A program made the translations under genes and the position numbers. A stretch of 63,407 nucleotides of DNA, counting the filler, from Chiloscyllium plagiosum (lineage: Eukaryota), in the NCBI RefSeq assembly GCF_004010195.1. It is 7 parts of 7 records of this genome, joined end to end, with 100 filler letters (N's around TTAATTAATTAA, not from the genome) between each part and the next. Parts side by side here need not be neighbours in the genome. Positions count along the whole stretch, not along the records: positions 1 to 10,113 come from NW_025205138.1; positions 10,214 to 19,074 come from NC_057734.1; 5 more parts are not named here. One strand, written 5' to 3'. Shown piece by piece: positions 1 to 11,701 of this stretch. The notes under the pieces were generated by a model, which was not told where the DNA came from, did no database searches, and saw only the letters and a program-made list of their open reading frames with translations. The first letter of the stretch is position 1. Every line of letters begins with the position of its first letter.

Positions 1-439
1 TTGATCTTCCCAATATGTTTCACATTGAGCCTGTCTCCTCAGTCCTGACTGCTCTTAGCTGCTGTGATTGTCACTGATTGGACTCTTATTATTAGAGTTT
101 CTGACCACAGCAGAAAGCCCTAGTGTAAAAAATAACTGCAAAGACTGTCAGATCGCAAGGTTGTAACTTCACCAAAAGAGGAAGTGAAAGAAGGAGCTCG
201 GAGCAGCTGGATGTTTGTTACATAATGATGGAAACAGAGTCAGTCACTCTCTCACAAACACACACGCCTGCACTCGGAGATCAGAAACAGAATCCAGCAG
301 CAGCTCTGTCTCCAAGCTGTGAACCTGCACAGAATTGTTCCCACATTCAGTTTATAACTGGCAGGATAGACCAAGCAGGGGAGGCAACACAGTGGTGTGT
401 ACAGTCGGAAGGGAGTTGCCCTGGGAGACCTCACCATTA

Positions 440-880
440 ACTATGGAACCCATGAAGCCTCATGACAGCAGGTCAAACATGGGGAAGGCGCCTTCCTGCT
501 GATTACCACATAGCACCACCCTCCCCTCCAACCTCAACTGAGCAGTCAGTCCTCCTCCATGTTGAACAACACTTGGAGGGAGCAGTGAGGGAGGAAAGGA
601 TGCAGGATATACCCTGGGTAAGGGACTTCAAAGTCCACCATCAAGAGCTGCTCAGGAGCATCACTACTGAGCAAGGTGGTCAGGTTCCACCTGACTAAGC
701 TGCTAGACTGGACCTGGGGCAGGTGGTGAGGGAACCAACAAGAGGGAAAAACATACTCACTATCACCCTCACCAATCTGCCTGCTGTTGGTGTATCTGTC
801 CATGACAATATCAGTAAGAGTGACAACCGCACAGTCCATGTGGAGACAAAATCCCGTCTTCACTTTGAGATTACCTTACA
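440..880 (+). mobile_element. Degenerate LINE AP-endonuclease fragment (paralogous copy at ~33170-33570)
   Basis: Translation VREPTRGKNIL...TNLP...SDNRTV resembles the PTR..N.LDL...SDH motifs of non-LTR retrotransposon endonucleases; stops and frameshifts present. Confidence 0.55.
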
Positions 881-1722
881 TTTTGTTGGGCAAGAGATAT
901 GGGATATCAGGAAGGACTTTGTTTTAGCAGCAATTGGTAATGACTTGGAAATTAGTGCCCATTCAGGTGAGGCAGGTGAAGACACTCAGTGATTGTAATG
1001 GCAGATTGGATGGGCTCTTGATGGAAATAAACCTGCAAGGCCCTGGGGGTCGAGTAGGGGAGGGGGTGGGACTGACTGGATTGCTCCATGAAATGACAGC
1101 ATTTACCTGACAGGCTGAATGTTCTCCCCCTGTGCTGGAAATAGGTCTCACTCAATGAGGGGTTCANNNNNNNNNNNNNNNNNNNNNNNNNNNNNNNNNN
1201 NNNNNNNNNNNNNNNNNNNNNNNNNNNNNNNNNNNNNNNNNNNNNNNNNNNNNNNNNNNNNNNNNNNNNNNNNNNNNNNNNNNNNNNNNNNNNNNNNNNN
1301 NNNNNNNNNNNNNNNNNNNNNNNNNNNNNNNNNNNNNNNNNNNNNNNNNNNNNNNNNNNNNNNNNNNNNNNNNNNNNNNNNNNNNNNNNNNNNNNNNNNN
1401 NNNNNNNNNNNNNNNNNNNNNNNNNNNNNNNNNNNNNNNNNNNNNNNNNNNNNNNNNNNNNNNNNNNNNNNNNNNNNNNNNNNNNNNNNNNNNNNNNNNN
1501 NNNNNNNNNNNNNNNNNNNNNNNNNNNNNNNNNNNNNNNNNNNNNNNNNNNNNNNNNNNNNNNNNNNNNNNNNNNNNNNNNNNNNNNNNNNNNNNNNNNN
1601 NNNNNNNNNNNNNNNNNNNNNNNNNNNNNNNNNNNNNNNNNNNNNNNNNNNNNNNNNNNNNNNNNNNNNNNNNNNNNNNNNNNNNNNNNNNNNNNNNNNN
1701 NNNNNNNNNNNNNNNNNNNNNN

Positions 1723-2160
1723 AAATTAAACTCCATCTGGATTTGTTGACCCACTGGCCCAGTTGATCAAGATGACATTGCACTCTTGGATAACCTTCTT
1801 CCCTGTCCACGATGCCAACAATTTTAATATCAGCCACAAACTTCCTGACCGTTCCTGCTATTTTCTCATCCAAATTGTTCATATAAATGATGAACAACAG
1901 TGGATCCAGGATCGATTCATGAGGCAGACGGCTGGTCACTGGCCTCCAGTCTGAAGAACAACCCTCTCTCACCAGCCTCTGCCTCCTACCATCAGGCTAA
2001 TTTTATATCCAATTGGCGAGCTCTCCCTGGATCCTATGTGATCTAATCTTACTGAGCTGCCTACCAATGGGAACCTTGTCTAAGGCCTTGCTAAAGCCCA
2101 TGTAAACAGAGTGTACTGCTCTACCTTGATCTATCTTCTTGATTACTTCTTCAAAAACTC
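1723..2160 (-). mobile_element. CR1-type LINE RT fragment
   Basis: Translation SDWRPVTSRLPHESILDPLLFIIYMNNLDE...KFVADIKI matches the CR1 RT motifs GVPQGSVLGPLLF..YINDL and KFADDTK. Confidence 0.75.
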
Positions 2161-2312
2161 AGTAATCTGCTCACCTCCATTGGAAACTCCAGTGAATAGT
2201 AGGCCCATGTTTACTGGTTTTCTGGCTTCAGTGATAAAGAGGCCTATGTTTCTCCATCGAGCAGCCTTGTGAACTGAATTTCATGTTTACTGGACTCTGT
2301 TGGAGTATCCAG

Positions 2313-2386
2313 TGTGTCATGGACATCATGGTTGTTGTGTCATGGACATCATGGTTGGTGTGTCATGGACATCATGGTTGGTGTGT
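2313..2386. repeat. 23-bp tandem repeat, about 3 copies
   Basis: Unit tgtgtcatggacatcatggttg(t/g); only one copy at the paralogous site near 36282. Confidence 0.85.
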
Positions 2387-4366
2387 GGCCCAGATTCTTT
2401 CTGTTGTAACTGTGTGATGCTCTGACCCTCATCCCAGTCAAACAGCCTGACTCAAAGACTGATCATGGAAGGGGAAGGAAAGCGAAGGGATTGGAACATG
2501 TTGCGAATGCACGGGATGGGTCAGTGGGTCAGAGCCTGTCCTGCCCCTCCAGCTCACACTGATAACCTGAGGATCTCCTCTCTCTGCTGGGCCTTCATGG
2601 AATAAGGTTTGTGTCCAAACCAGTCCCCAGTGAGAATAGGCCAACAGCACAGAACTGCCCTTCATTTGACAAGAATATGTCAGTCTTCCTGAGAGAGACG
2701 AAACCCTGGTCAATGTGAGAAATGGGGCTTTACTCCAGGAGAAGACATGCTTCTGGGGTCAAGGGTTAACATCCATTAGTGGGGCAGAGCAGAGGGAGAT
2801 TTATCCTGCATTCAACTATCACCACCCGGGACACTGTGAGAAAGAGAGAGAAGCGAGAGAGAGAGAGAGGTAGAGGGTGCATGTGTGTAATTGAGGGATA
2901 GAGGGAGGAGCATCTGAGACAGTGTGAGATATGTGAGGGGACCAAGACCGAGGTAGAGGGAGGTAGAAATGGTGAGGTTGAGGGATAGAGAGAGAGAATC
3001 AAGATGTGACTGAGAGGGATGGAGAGAGAGAAAGAGACAGGATGGGTGTGAATGAAGGGAATCGCGAGAAAGGGTAGGGTTAAGTGTGTGTGTGAGAGAG
3101 AGAGATGAGCATGGTTAGAGACAAAATGACAGAGAGGGAGGGAGAGAGACTGTAGATTGGGAATGCAGACAGGGAGGGAGAGAGACAGTAAATTGGGAAT
3201 GCAGACAGTGAGGGAGCGACAGAGAGAGGAATAGAGAGGGGCAATTAACATTTGGAAGTTTTCAATTGATCCGAGAGATGGAGTGAGTGACAGTGAGAGA
3301 GAAAGATGCAGAAATAGAGATTATGAGACAGAGTAAGGAAGCGTGAGTGAGTTGGAGAGAGTGGCTATGAGACAGAATGAGAGTGAGAGAGAGAGAGAGG
3401 TGGACAGGTCCTGGTCACCACATTCTGGGAAGGATGTGATTGTACTTGAGAGGGTGCAGAGATTAACCAGGATGCTGCCTGGGATGGAGGGTCAGCTGTG
3501 AGGAAAGCTTGGAAAGGTTGGAATTGTTTTCCTTGGAGCAGTGAAGGTTGAGAGGGGACCTGATTTGGAGCAGTGATAAGGTGGGCAGGAAGGCACTTTT
3601 TAAAAGAGTCAAGGATTCAATAACCAGGGACAAACATTGAAGGTTAAGCAGACATGGCCACACAGAAACTGCTGCTGGAGTAGGCCATTCAGCCCTTTGA
3701 GTCTGCTCTATCATTCAGTCTGACCATGACTGATCCTCCATCTCAAAGCCATATTCCTACCTTCTCACCATTCCCTTCATGCTGTGAAAATGCAAAACAA
3801 TTATCTCTCTTTCTCTTGAATATATTCAGTTCCTTGTCCTCCACAGCTTGACTACCCACTGAGTGAAGAAATGTTTCCTCATCTCAGTCTGAAATGGTCT
3901 ACGCTGTATCCCCCTGAGATTGTGACCCCTGGTTCCAGACTCCCCAACCAGGGGAAACCTTCTCCATTCCCAGCCCTGTTAGAATGTTATATGTTTCAAT
4001 CAGATCCTCTCTCATCCTTCTGAACTCGAGTGAGTCCAGGCCCAGTTGAGTTAGAGAGTGAGAGGTGAGTTGGAGAGAAATGTTTTCACCCAGAGGGTGG
4101 TGGGAGACTGGAACTCACTGCCAGAAAGGCTGGCTGAGTCACAAGCTCTTGTGACATTGGAGCAATGTTAAGATATTCCCTTATGTTGCTGTAGCCCCCA
4201 AGTTAATGGGCCAGGAGCTGGTGGATGGGATTAGTGTCATCAGATCTTTGCTGACCAGTTTATACACAATGGGCCAAATGGTCTCATTCAGTGCTGTTAA
4301 CATCAATGACTCTCTGAGACAGAGAGAGAGAATGGGAGAGAGAGAGAGAAGAGGAAGTATGAGGTA

Positions 4367-4447
4367 CTGACGTGGCTCTCCCTGCCTGATGCCTTTTACC
4401 TACTGAGGAACACCCAGTCAGACTCTCACAGGCTGCAGCTTTATAAA
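4367..4447 (+). promoter_or_regulatory. Kappa V1 promoter (TATAAA at 4442-4447, degenerate octamer position ~4394)
   Basis: TATA box ~60 nt upstream of the leader ATG; same arrangement in the V3 and V4 paralogs. Confidence 0.6.
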
Positions 4448-4507
4448 GCAGAGCTCAGTGAAGGGAGAGTTTCTCAGGAACCAGGCACAGGGACAGGAGC
4501 ACACACC

Positions 4508-4556
4508 ATGATTTCACACATCCAGCTGATCTGGCCCTTGGCATTCTGTGTCGCAG
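4508..4556 (+). CDS. IGKV: Ig kappa (NS4-type) leader exon of V1
   Basis: MISHIQLIWPLAFCVA-G followed by a phase-1 GT donor at 4557. Confidence 0.92.
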
Positions 4557-4742
4557 GTACAAATCTCTCTCCTCCCACCTTGAATCTTTAGCTGCTCTCC
4601 ATTTCACTCCAATTCCACTGACTTGTGATTGAAGGGAAAATGCTGAAACCAGAGGAAAGCTCAGTGTCTCCAACAATCTCTCATTTCGCAGTCTCTTTCT
4701 GTGACAGTTCTGACTTCACTGTGTTTCTCTCTGACCCCTCAG

Positions 4743-5026
4743 GTATCAGTGGGGACATCACCATGACTCAGTCTCCCCCGGTGCTGTCAGTGGGACTGGG
4801 CCAAACCGCAACCATCACCTGTACGGCCAGTCAAAGCATTAGCAGCTACCTTGCTTGGTACCAGCAGCGAGAAGGTCAGAAACCCTCTCTCCTGATCTAT
4901 CAAGCAACAAATCGATTCACAGGAGTCTCCAATCGATTCACCGGCAGTGGATCAGGGACCAGTTTCACCCTGAAAATCAGCAACGTTCAGAATGAGGATG
5001 TCGCTGACTATTACTGTCAGCAGTAT
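4743..5026 (+). pseudogene. IGKV: Ig kappa V1 exon, truncated in CDR3, no RSS
   Basis: AG acceptor at 4741-4742; [27 protein letters not shown]...WYQQ...DYYCQQY, then fused to duplicated upstream flank; no heptamer/nonamer follows. Confidence 0.9.
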
Positions 5027-6711
5027 ACTGTGAGAAAGAGAGAGAAGCGAGAGAGAGAGAGGTAGAGGGTGCATGTGTGTAATTGAGGGATAGAGGGAGG
5101 AGCATCTGAGACAGTGTGAGATATGTGAGGGGACCAAGACTGAGGTAGAGGGAGGTAGAAATGGTGAGGTTGAGGGATAGAGAGAGAGAATCAAAATGTG
5201 ACTGAGAGGGATGGAGAGAGAGAAAGAGACAGGATGGGTGTGAATGAAGGGAATCGCGAGAGAGGGTAGGGCTAAGTGTGTGTGAGAGAGAGAGAGATGA
5301 GCATGGTTAGAGACAAAATGACAGAGAGGGAGGGAGAGAGACTGTAGATTGGGAATGCAGACAGGGAGGGAGAGAGACAGTAAATTGGGAATGCAGACAG
5401 TGAGGGAGCGACAGAGAGAGGAATAGAGAGGGGCAATTAACATTTGGAAGTTTTCAATTGATCCGAGAGATGGAGTGAGTGACAGTGAGAGAGAAAGATG
5501 CAGAAATAGAGATTATGAGACAGAGTAAGGAAGCGTGAGTGAGTTGGAGAGAGTGGCTATGAGACAGAGTGAGAGTGAGAGAGAGAGAGAGAGGTGGACA
5601 GGTCGTGGTCACCACATTCTGGGAAGGATGTGATTGTACTTGAGAGGGTACAGAGATTAACCAGGATGCTGCCTGGGATGGAGGGTCAGCTGTGAGGAAA
5701 GCTTGGAAAGGTTGGAATTGTTTTCCTTGGAGCAGTGAAGGTTGAGAGGGGACCTGATAGAGGGCTATAAGATTATTTGGAGCAGTGATAAGGTGGGCAG
5801 GAAGGCACTTTTTAAAAGAGTCAAGGATTCAATAACCAGGGACAAACATTGAAGATAACGCAGACATGGCCACACAGAAACTGCTGCTGGAGTACGCAAT
5901 TCGGCCCTTTGAGTCTGCTCTATCATTCAGTCTGATCATGACTGATCCTCCATCTCAAAGCCATATTCCTACCTTCTCCCCAGTCCCTTCATGCTGTGAA
6001 AATGCAAAACAATTATCTCTCTTTCTCTTGAATATATTCAGTTCCTTGTCCTCCACAGTTTGACTACCCATTGAGTGAAGAAATGTTTCCTCATCTCAGT
6101 CTGAAATGGTCTACGCTGTATCCCCCTGAGATTGTGACCCCTGGTTCCAGACTCCCCAACCAGTGGAAACCTCCTCCATCCCCAGCCCTGTTAGAATGTT
6201 ATATGTTTCAATCAGATCCTCTCTCATCCTTCTGAACTCGAGTGAGTCCAGGCCCAGTTGAGTTAGAGAGTGAGAGGTGAGTTGGAGAGAAATGTTTTCA
6301 CCCAGAGGGTGGTGGGAGATTGGAACTCACTGCCAGAAAGGCTGGCTGAGTCACAAGCTCTTGTGACATTGGAGCAATGTTAAGATATTCCCTTATGTTG
6401 CTGTAGCCCCCANNNNNNNNNNNNNNNNNNNNNNNNNNNNNNNNNNNNNNNNNNNNNNNNNNNNNNNNNNNNNNNNNNNNNNNNNNNNNNNNNNNNNNNN
6501 NNNNNNNNNNNNNNNNNNNNNNNNNNNNNNNNNNNNNNNNNNNNNNNNNNNNNNNNNNNNNNNNNNNNNNNNNNNNNNNNNNNNNNNNNNNNNNNNNNNN
6601 NNNNNNNNNNNNNNNNNNNNNNNNNNNNNNNNNNNNNNNNNNNNNNNNNNNNNNNNNNNNNNNNNNNNNNNNNNNNNNNNNNNNNNNNNNNNNNNNNNNN
6701 NNNNNNNNNNN

Positions 6712-6994
6712 ATCATCATGACCCAGTCTCCCCCGGTGCTGTTAGTGGGACTGGGCCAGACCACAACCATCACCTGTATGGCCAGTCAAAGCATTAGCAG
6801 CTACCTTGCTTGGTACCAGCAGCGAGAAGGTCAGAAACTCTCTCTCCTGATCTATGCTGCAACATATCGATTCCCAGGAGTCTCCGATCGATTCACCGGC
6901 AGTGGATCAGGGACCAGTTTCACCCTGACAATCAGCAACGTTCAGAATGAGGATGTCGCTGACTATTACTGTCAGCAGTATTACAGCTGGCCTT
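6712..6994 (+). CDS. IGKV: Ig kappa V2 exon (5' end and leader fall in the N gap)
   Basis: [22 protein letters not shown]...WYQQ...[11 protein letters not shown], open frame with both Cys and the Trp. Confidence 0.92.
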
Positions 6995-7022
6995 CACAGT
7001 GATGCAGAGCCATACAAGAACC
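6995..7022 (+). other. 12-bp-spacer RSS of V2
   Basis: CACAGTG + 12 nt + ACAAGAACC (one mismatch to ACAAAAACC). Confidence 0.95.
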
Positions 7023-7425
7023 TCAATGTGCACAGCACCACCACCTGTATTGATTCCATTCCAGAGTTTTTTGAAATGTATAATAATTGACACACAGTCC
7101 CACCTCCTGCACTGACACATCCACAGTTATATGTAAATGAAATTGAAGAAATTATCCTATGCTGGGATTGTCACTGTCCATGACACACTCCAGTCCCTGT
7201 GGTATCCACCGCTCACTGAAGGCCTCAAGTTTCCCTCTTACACTCCATGGCCACATGTGAAGGGCCGCTGCAAGATTTAATATCGAAAAATAAAGTTCAC
7301 AAACTGCACAAGCCCAGCAGGACACAACCCAGAGAGACAGAGGGAGGTCAGGGAGAGGGTGAGACTGAGCGAGAAACAGAGAGACAGGGAGAGGTTGAGA
7401 GTGATGGGGGGAAGCAAAGATCAGA

Positions 7426-7464
7426 GGTTTTTGTACATCCTCTGCACTGGGAGCTCTCACTGTG
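7426..7464 (-). other. 23-bp-spacer RSS of J1
   Basis: GGTTTTTGT + 23 nt + CACTGTG; V12/J23 is the kappa-type configuration. Confidence 0.95.
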
Positions 7465-7499
7465 GCTTACATTCGGTGAAGGAACCAAGCTCCGACTGA
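7465..7499 (+). CDS. IGKJ: Ig kappa J1 segment
   Basis: LTFGEGTKLRL with the FGxG motif; GTAAGT donor at 7500. Confidence 0.95.
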
Positions 7500-7939
7500 G
7501 TAAGTAAACTTCAATCCTCCGTTATTATCCCTTTCAATCTCTAAACACAATTTCTAAAACACAAATGTTGAATTGTTGAAGTGTTGCAGTGAATGAAATG
7601 GTTGATTGAGGAGCACTGTCTCTAACAGGGTATCCAGCTGTATTTCTTTAGTTCCATTGCCCCCTTTAAGCAGCAAGATATAAGTCAGTCAGTTTTACTC
7701 ACCGTGTGGAGGAGCTCTGTCCATTTGCAGCCTGTGGTCCCATTCCTGCAGCATGGAGTAAAATCAGTGAGTAGCCCCCTGCCTGTCTCAGTGTGACGGA
7801 CACGGGCAGAGTTTGATGTGAGCTCTGGCTCCCTGTCCCAGTCTCTGATCTCACTGACCTCAGCAGCAGCAGCAGCAGCACAGTGAGACACCGAGCTCCC
7901 ACCTCCCCCAGCTTTAACTCTGCTCAATCACACAATCAC

Positions 7940-9250
7940 AGAATTGTTACAGTGCACAAGGAGGCCATTCCGCCCATCCTTTCTGGACCAGCTCTCTGAA
8001 CATGTTGTTCCCCATCTCACTTTTGTTACTTTTCCCAATTACTTTCAATCTGTAGTCTCTCGGTCTCAATCCTTTCTCAATTGGGAACATTTTCTCCCTA
8101 TTTACTGTATCCAGGCGCCTCCTGCTTTTAATTCCTCGAACAAATCTCTTCTCAGCCTTCTCCAAAGAAGACAGTCCCAAATTCTCCAAACTATCTTCAT
8201 AACTGATGTTCCTCACTCCTGGAATGATCTTTGGGAATATGTTTTGCCATTTCTGCAAAACTTCGCCTGCTTCTTGAATGATTCACATTATCTATGTCCC
8301 TCATGGTTTTATAAACCTCTGTATTGTCACTCCTCAGCCTCTTACACATCAGGGTAAAAAAGTCTCAGCTTTTCCAGCCCCTCATAGTCATGGAGTCATA
8401 CAGCGTGGAAACAGACCCTTTAATCCAACTTGTCAATGCTAACCAGGTATCTTAAACTGACCTCATCCCATTTGCCAGCATTTGGCTTACATTCCTCGAA
8501 ACCCTTCCTATCCATGTACCCATCCCAATGTGTTTTAACTGCTGTAATTGTATCTGCCTCCAACACTTTCTCTGGCAGCTCAATTCAGACACGCACCACC
8601 CTCTGTGTGACAAGTTACCCCTCAGGTCCCTTTTGAATCTTTTTCCTCTCACCTTAAACCTATGTGGTCTTGTTTTGGACTCCCTTTCCCAAAGAAAAGA
8701 TCTTGGATATACACCCTGTCCATACCCCTCATGATTTTGTGTACATCTATAAGGTCATCCCTCGGACTTGGATGCTGCAGGGAAAATAAGCCCAGTTTCT
8801 TCAGCCTCTCCCATCAGCTCAAACCCTCCAGTTCCTGGTCACGTCCTTGTAAATCTTTTCCACAGCTTTTTAAGTTGAGCACCATCCTTCCTTTCACAAG
8901 ATGATCAGAATTGTTCACATTATTCCCAAAGCGACCTCACCAATCTCCTGTATAGCTGCAACATGATGTCCCAACTCCTATACTCAATGCAGTGACCAAT
9001 AAAGAAAAGCGTACCCAACACCTTCTTTATCACTGTCTCCCGGCGGCTCCACTGACAAGGAATAACGCACCTGCACCTTCACCATCGGTCTCTTTGTTCA
9101 GCAACACTCCCCAGGGCCCTACCATTAACCGTGTCGTCACATTTATCTGAACTAAACTCCATCTGCCATTTCTCAGCCCACTGACCCAGTTGGTCAAGAT
9201 CCCATTGTACTCTGAGACAGCCTTCTTCACTATCCACAATGCCACCTGAA
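7940..9250 (-). mobile_element. Nested CR1-type LINE 3' fragments in the J-C intron
   Basis: Translations SYEDSLENLGLSSLEK, GKRFKRDLRGN and DLDQLGQWAEKWQMEF; similar block at ~49010-50950. Confidence 0.7.
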
Positions 9251-10113
9251 AATTCACCTGAACAGATTCTCACAACTCTGGCCCCTCCCTGCCCATTACA
9301 CTGTTACTACTCCAGTCTATATTCAGAAATTAAAGAGCCCACCCCACATTGATAACGACCCTATCATATTTGCAGTTTTCAGTAAATTCCTTGCTTTGTA
9401 TTTCTCTACATCCTTCCCACTGGGTGGTGACTTATTGATTGCACTGAGGATTCTGTGGTCTTTGGTGTTCCTCACTGATATTCCCCCCTGGCTCCCACAG
9501 CTCTGAGAAGTTAGCTTAAACCCTCTCCAAACAACACTAGTAAATCATCCCAAAGGAACTCAGTCCCAGCTCTGTTCAGGAGCAACACTGTCTGGTCTGT
9601 CCAGGTCCCATCTCCCCCGGACCCAGTCCTAATGTCCCAAGAATCTAAAGCCCGTCTTCCTGGAACCCTCTTTCCTGCCCCAGAGTCACCTGTGTTATCC
9701 TCCTGTTCCTCCTCTCACTTGCGTGGGGCACATGGAATAATCCACAGAATCCTACTTTTGAGTTCCTGTTGCTAATTCCCTCCTGAGTTTCCTAAATTCT
9801 GAGTGCAGGACCATATCCCTTTTCTCCCGCTGTCACTGGGACTGATGTGGACCACGACTGTTGCCTGTTACCCGTCTCCCCTTAGGGTGCTTTGCGGCCA
9901 CTCAGTGACATCCTTGACCCTGGCACCAGGGAGACAACACACCATCCTGGATTCCCAGCTGGAGCTGCAGAAACACCTATCGATAGCCCTCACTCTCGAA
10001 TCTCCTCTCACTGTCGCTCTTCCAGTCTTCCGTGTGCCCCTCTGTACAGCTGAGCCCTCCCCATGGAGCCAGGGACTTGGCTCTGGCTGCATCCCCAGAT
10101 GAACCATCATTCA
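9250..10113 (-). mobile_element. CR1-type ORF1 (SGNH-esterase-like) and endonuclease remnant
   Basis: ATVRGDSRVRAIDRCFC...RMVCCLPGARVKDVTE; paralogs at ~42020-43150 and, inverted, ~16450-18290. Confidence 0.7.
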
Positions 10114-10213
10114 NNNNNNNNNNNNNNNNNNNNNNNNNNNNNNNNNNNNNNNNNNNNTTAATTAATTAANNNNNNNNNNNNNNNNNNNNNNNNNNNNNNN
10201 NNNNNNNNNNNNN
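10114..10213. other. Artificial scaffold-joining spacer
   Basis: 44 N + TTAATTAATTAA + 44 N, identical at six sites. Confidence 0.95.
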
Positions 10214-11701
10214 TGACATCCATTTCATTTCTTTATTATTATGTACTCGAACTATTCCAACTGGACGTTTAACACACAGCCCCCATTTCCTCACACTGGA
10301 ATCAAGAATCACACTTGCCCCATCTCAGGTTTATGCACTGATAGTGGAATCAGTTTGCTGTTACCTGTTTGAATCAAAAAGCCACGATGGAAAACTGGGG
10401 CAGAATCCAAGGGTTTATGAGATACCAGCAGCCTCCCCGCTGTGTGAGGGCCTGTTCAGGTAATGTTTCAGCCCCCTTGTGTCTCACTGGTAATTGAGCC
10501 AGTGAGTGACATTGCTGGAGCCATTGGTGGATTGAAGGACATAACAATCAGGACAATGGGATGCCTTGGAATCCACTCGCTGAACAATGCTCACTGAGGT
10601 GGCCTGACCGCTACAGAATTTCACAGCAGAAAGTGTAACCAGTTGATCATTGAGTGTACTTCCCAGCCGTGACTCCCAGAATCCCTGAACTGAACACACC
10701 CAATCTGATCTCAGAAGCACACGGGGAAAACAATCGAAGAGAAAAGAAAACCTCAGTCTAGCTTTTGGAATATTTATTACCCAAACCCTGTTCAATTGAT
10801 ATTCTGGGTAGCAAGATCGTGCTGGTCACGTTGATCATTACAGTGTTCCTTGTGGTTATGGCTCCAAACAGTTGAGGCTTGGAATGTTGTTCTGCTGAAT
10901 GGCTGGTTTGGTGAAAAGGGGAATTACCATCAGACTATTGTGTAATGACCCCTTGAGGGCTGAGCTTTTCAGTTCACACACTATGCTTCAAATTACACTT
11001 CACCTAAGAGACATCAACTTCAAACTTCTTCGAATTTATTCCATTTTGAAGATTAACATTGACAGAGAAAAGGCTCAAATAAGAGCCTAGGTAAAGCAAG
11101 TTGCACGAATTCACAGCTATAACGGAGCTTGAGGGAAACTCTAGTGGAGAATTTCTTAATTACATGAGAATCCTATCGCTTTAAACAGTGACAAAACCCT
11201 AAATTGGAACTAGTGGCTGAGCGGGAAGGAGGTCTGATTTACTAAACCAGAGCCTACAGAGGTACACATCGTTTTTTTCTGCAGCTGACAGACATCAACA
11301 TCTTTGAGGAACGTTACTTCGCATCAGAAGTTGACACTGTCCCCAGCTAACACTCCTAGAAGGAGGTCTGATTTACTAAACCAGAGCCTACAGAGGTACA
11401 CAACGTATTTTCTGCAGCTGACAGACATCAACATCTTTGAGGAACGTTACTTCGCATCAGAAGTTGACACTGTCCCCAGCTAACACTCCTAGGGCAGAGA
11501 CTGCATAAGGTTAGATACAGAGTAAATCTTCCTCTACACTGCCCAAGTGCCCTTTCTTAACCCTTAAAACTCAGAAGTGTCTCTGAGACAGTGCCGAGAT
11601 GGAAGAGAGTTAAAACCCAATGCTGACAATGGCCTTTGTCCTGTCAGCTCAGCCCTGTTTTATTTAAAGTTGTGCCTTCTGTGTGAACTGGCTCGAACAC
11701 T

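Larger units (their letters stand above)
2833..6412 (+). repeat. Local tandem duplication: 2833-4200 is repeated as 5027-6412
   Basis: Near-identical GA-rich and CR1-derived V-upstream flank; the copies differ by SNPs and a ~19-nt indel (3563 vs 5758). Confidence 0.9.

Noticed and set aside
2766-3251. Long S/L/H-rich ORFs (also 4952-5443 and 36728-37258) and ORFs spanning N runs
   Set aside because: Translations of (CT)n/(CA)n low-complexity tracts or of gaps
4717-4723. CACTGTG in the leader intron of each V as a cryptic RSS
   Set aside because: No acceptable nonamer at 12 or 23 nt and no junction seen there
10158-10169. TTAATTAATTAA palindrome recurring six times
   Set aside because: Always centred in exactly 44 + 44 Ns with stops in all frames; an assembly linker, not a biological motif or piggyBac site
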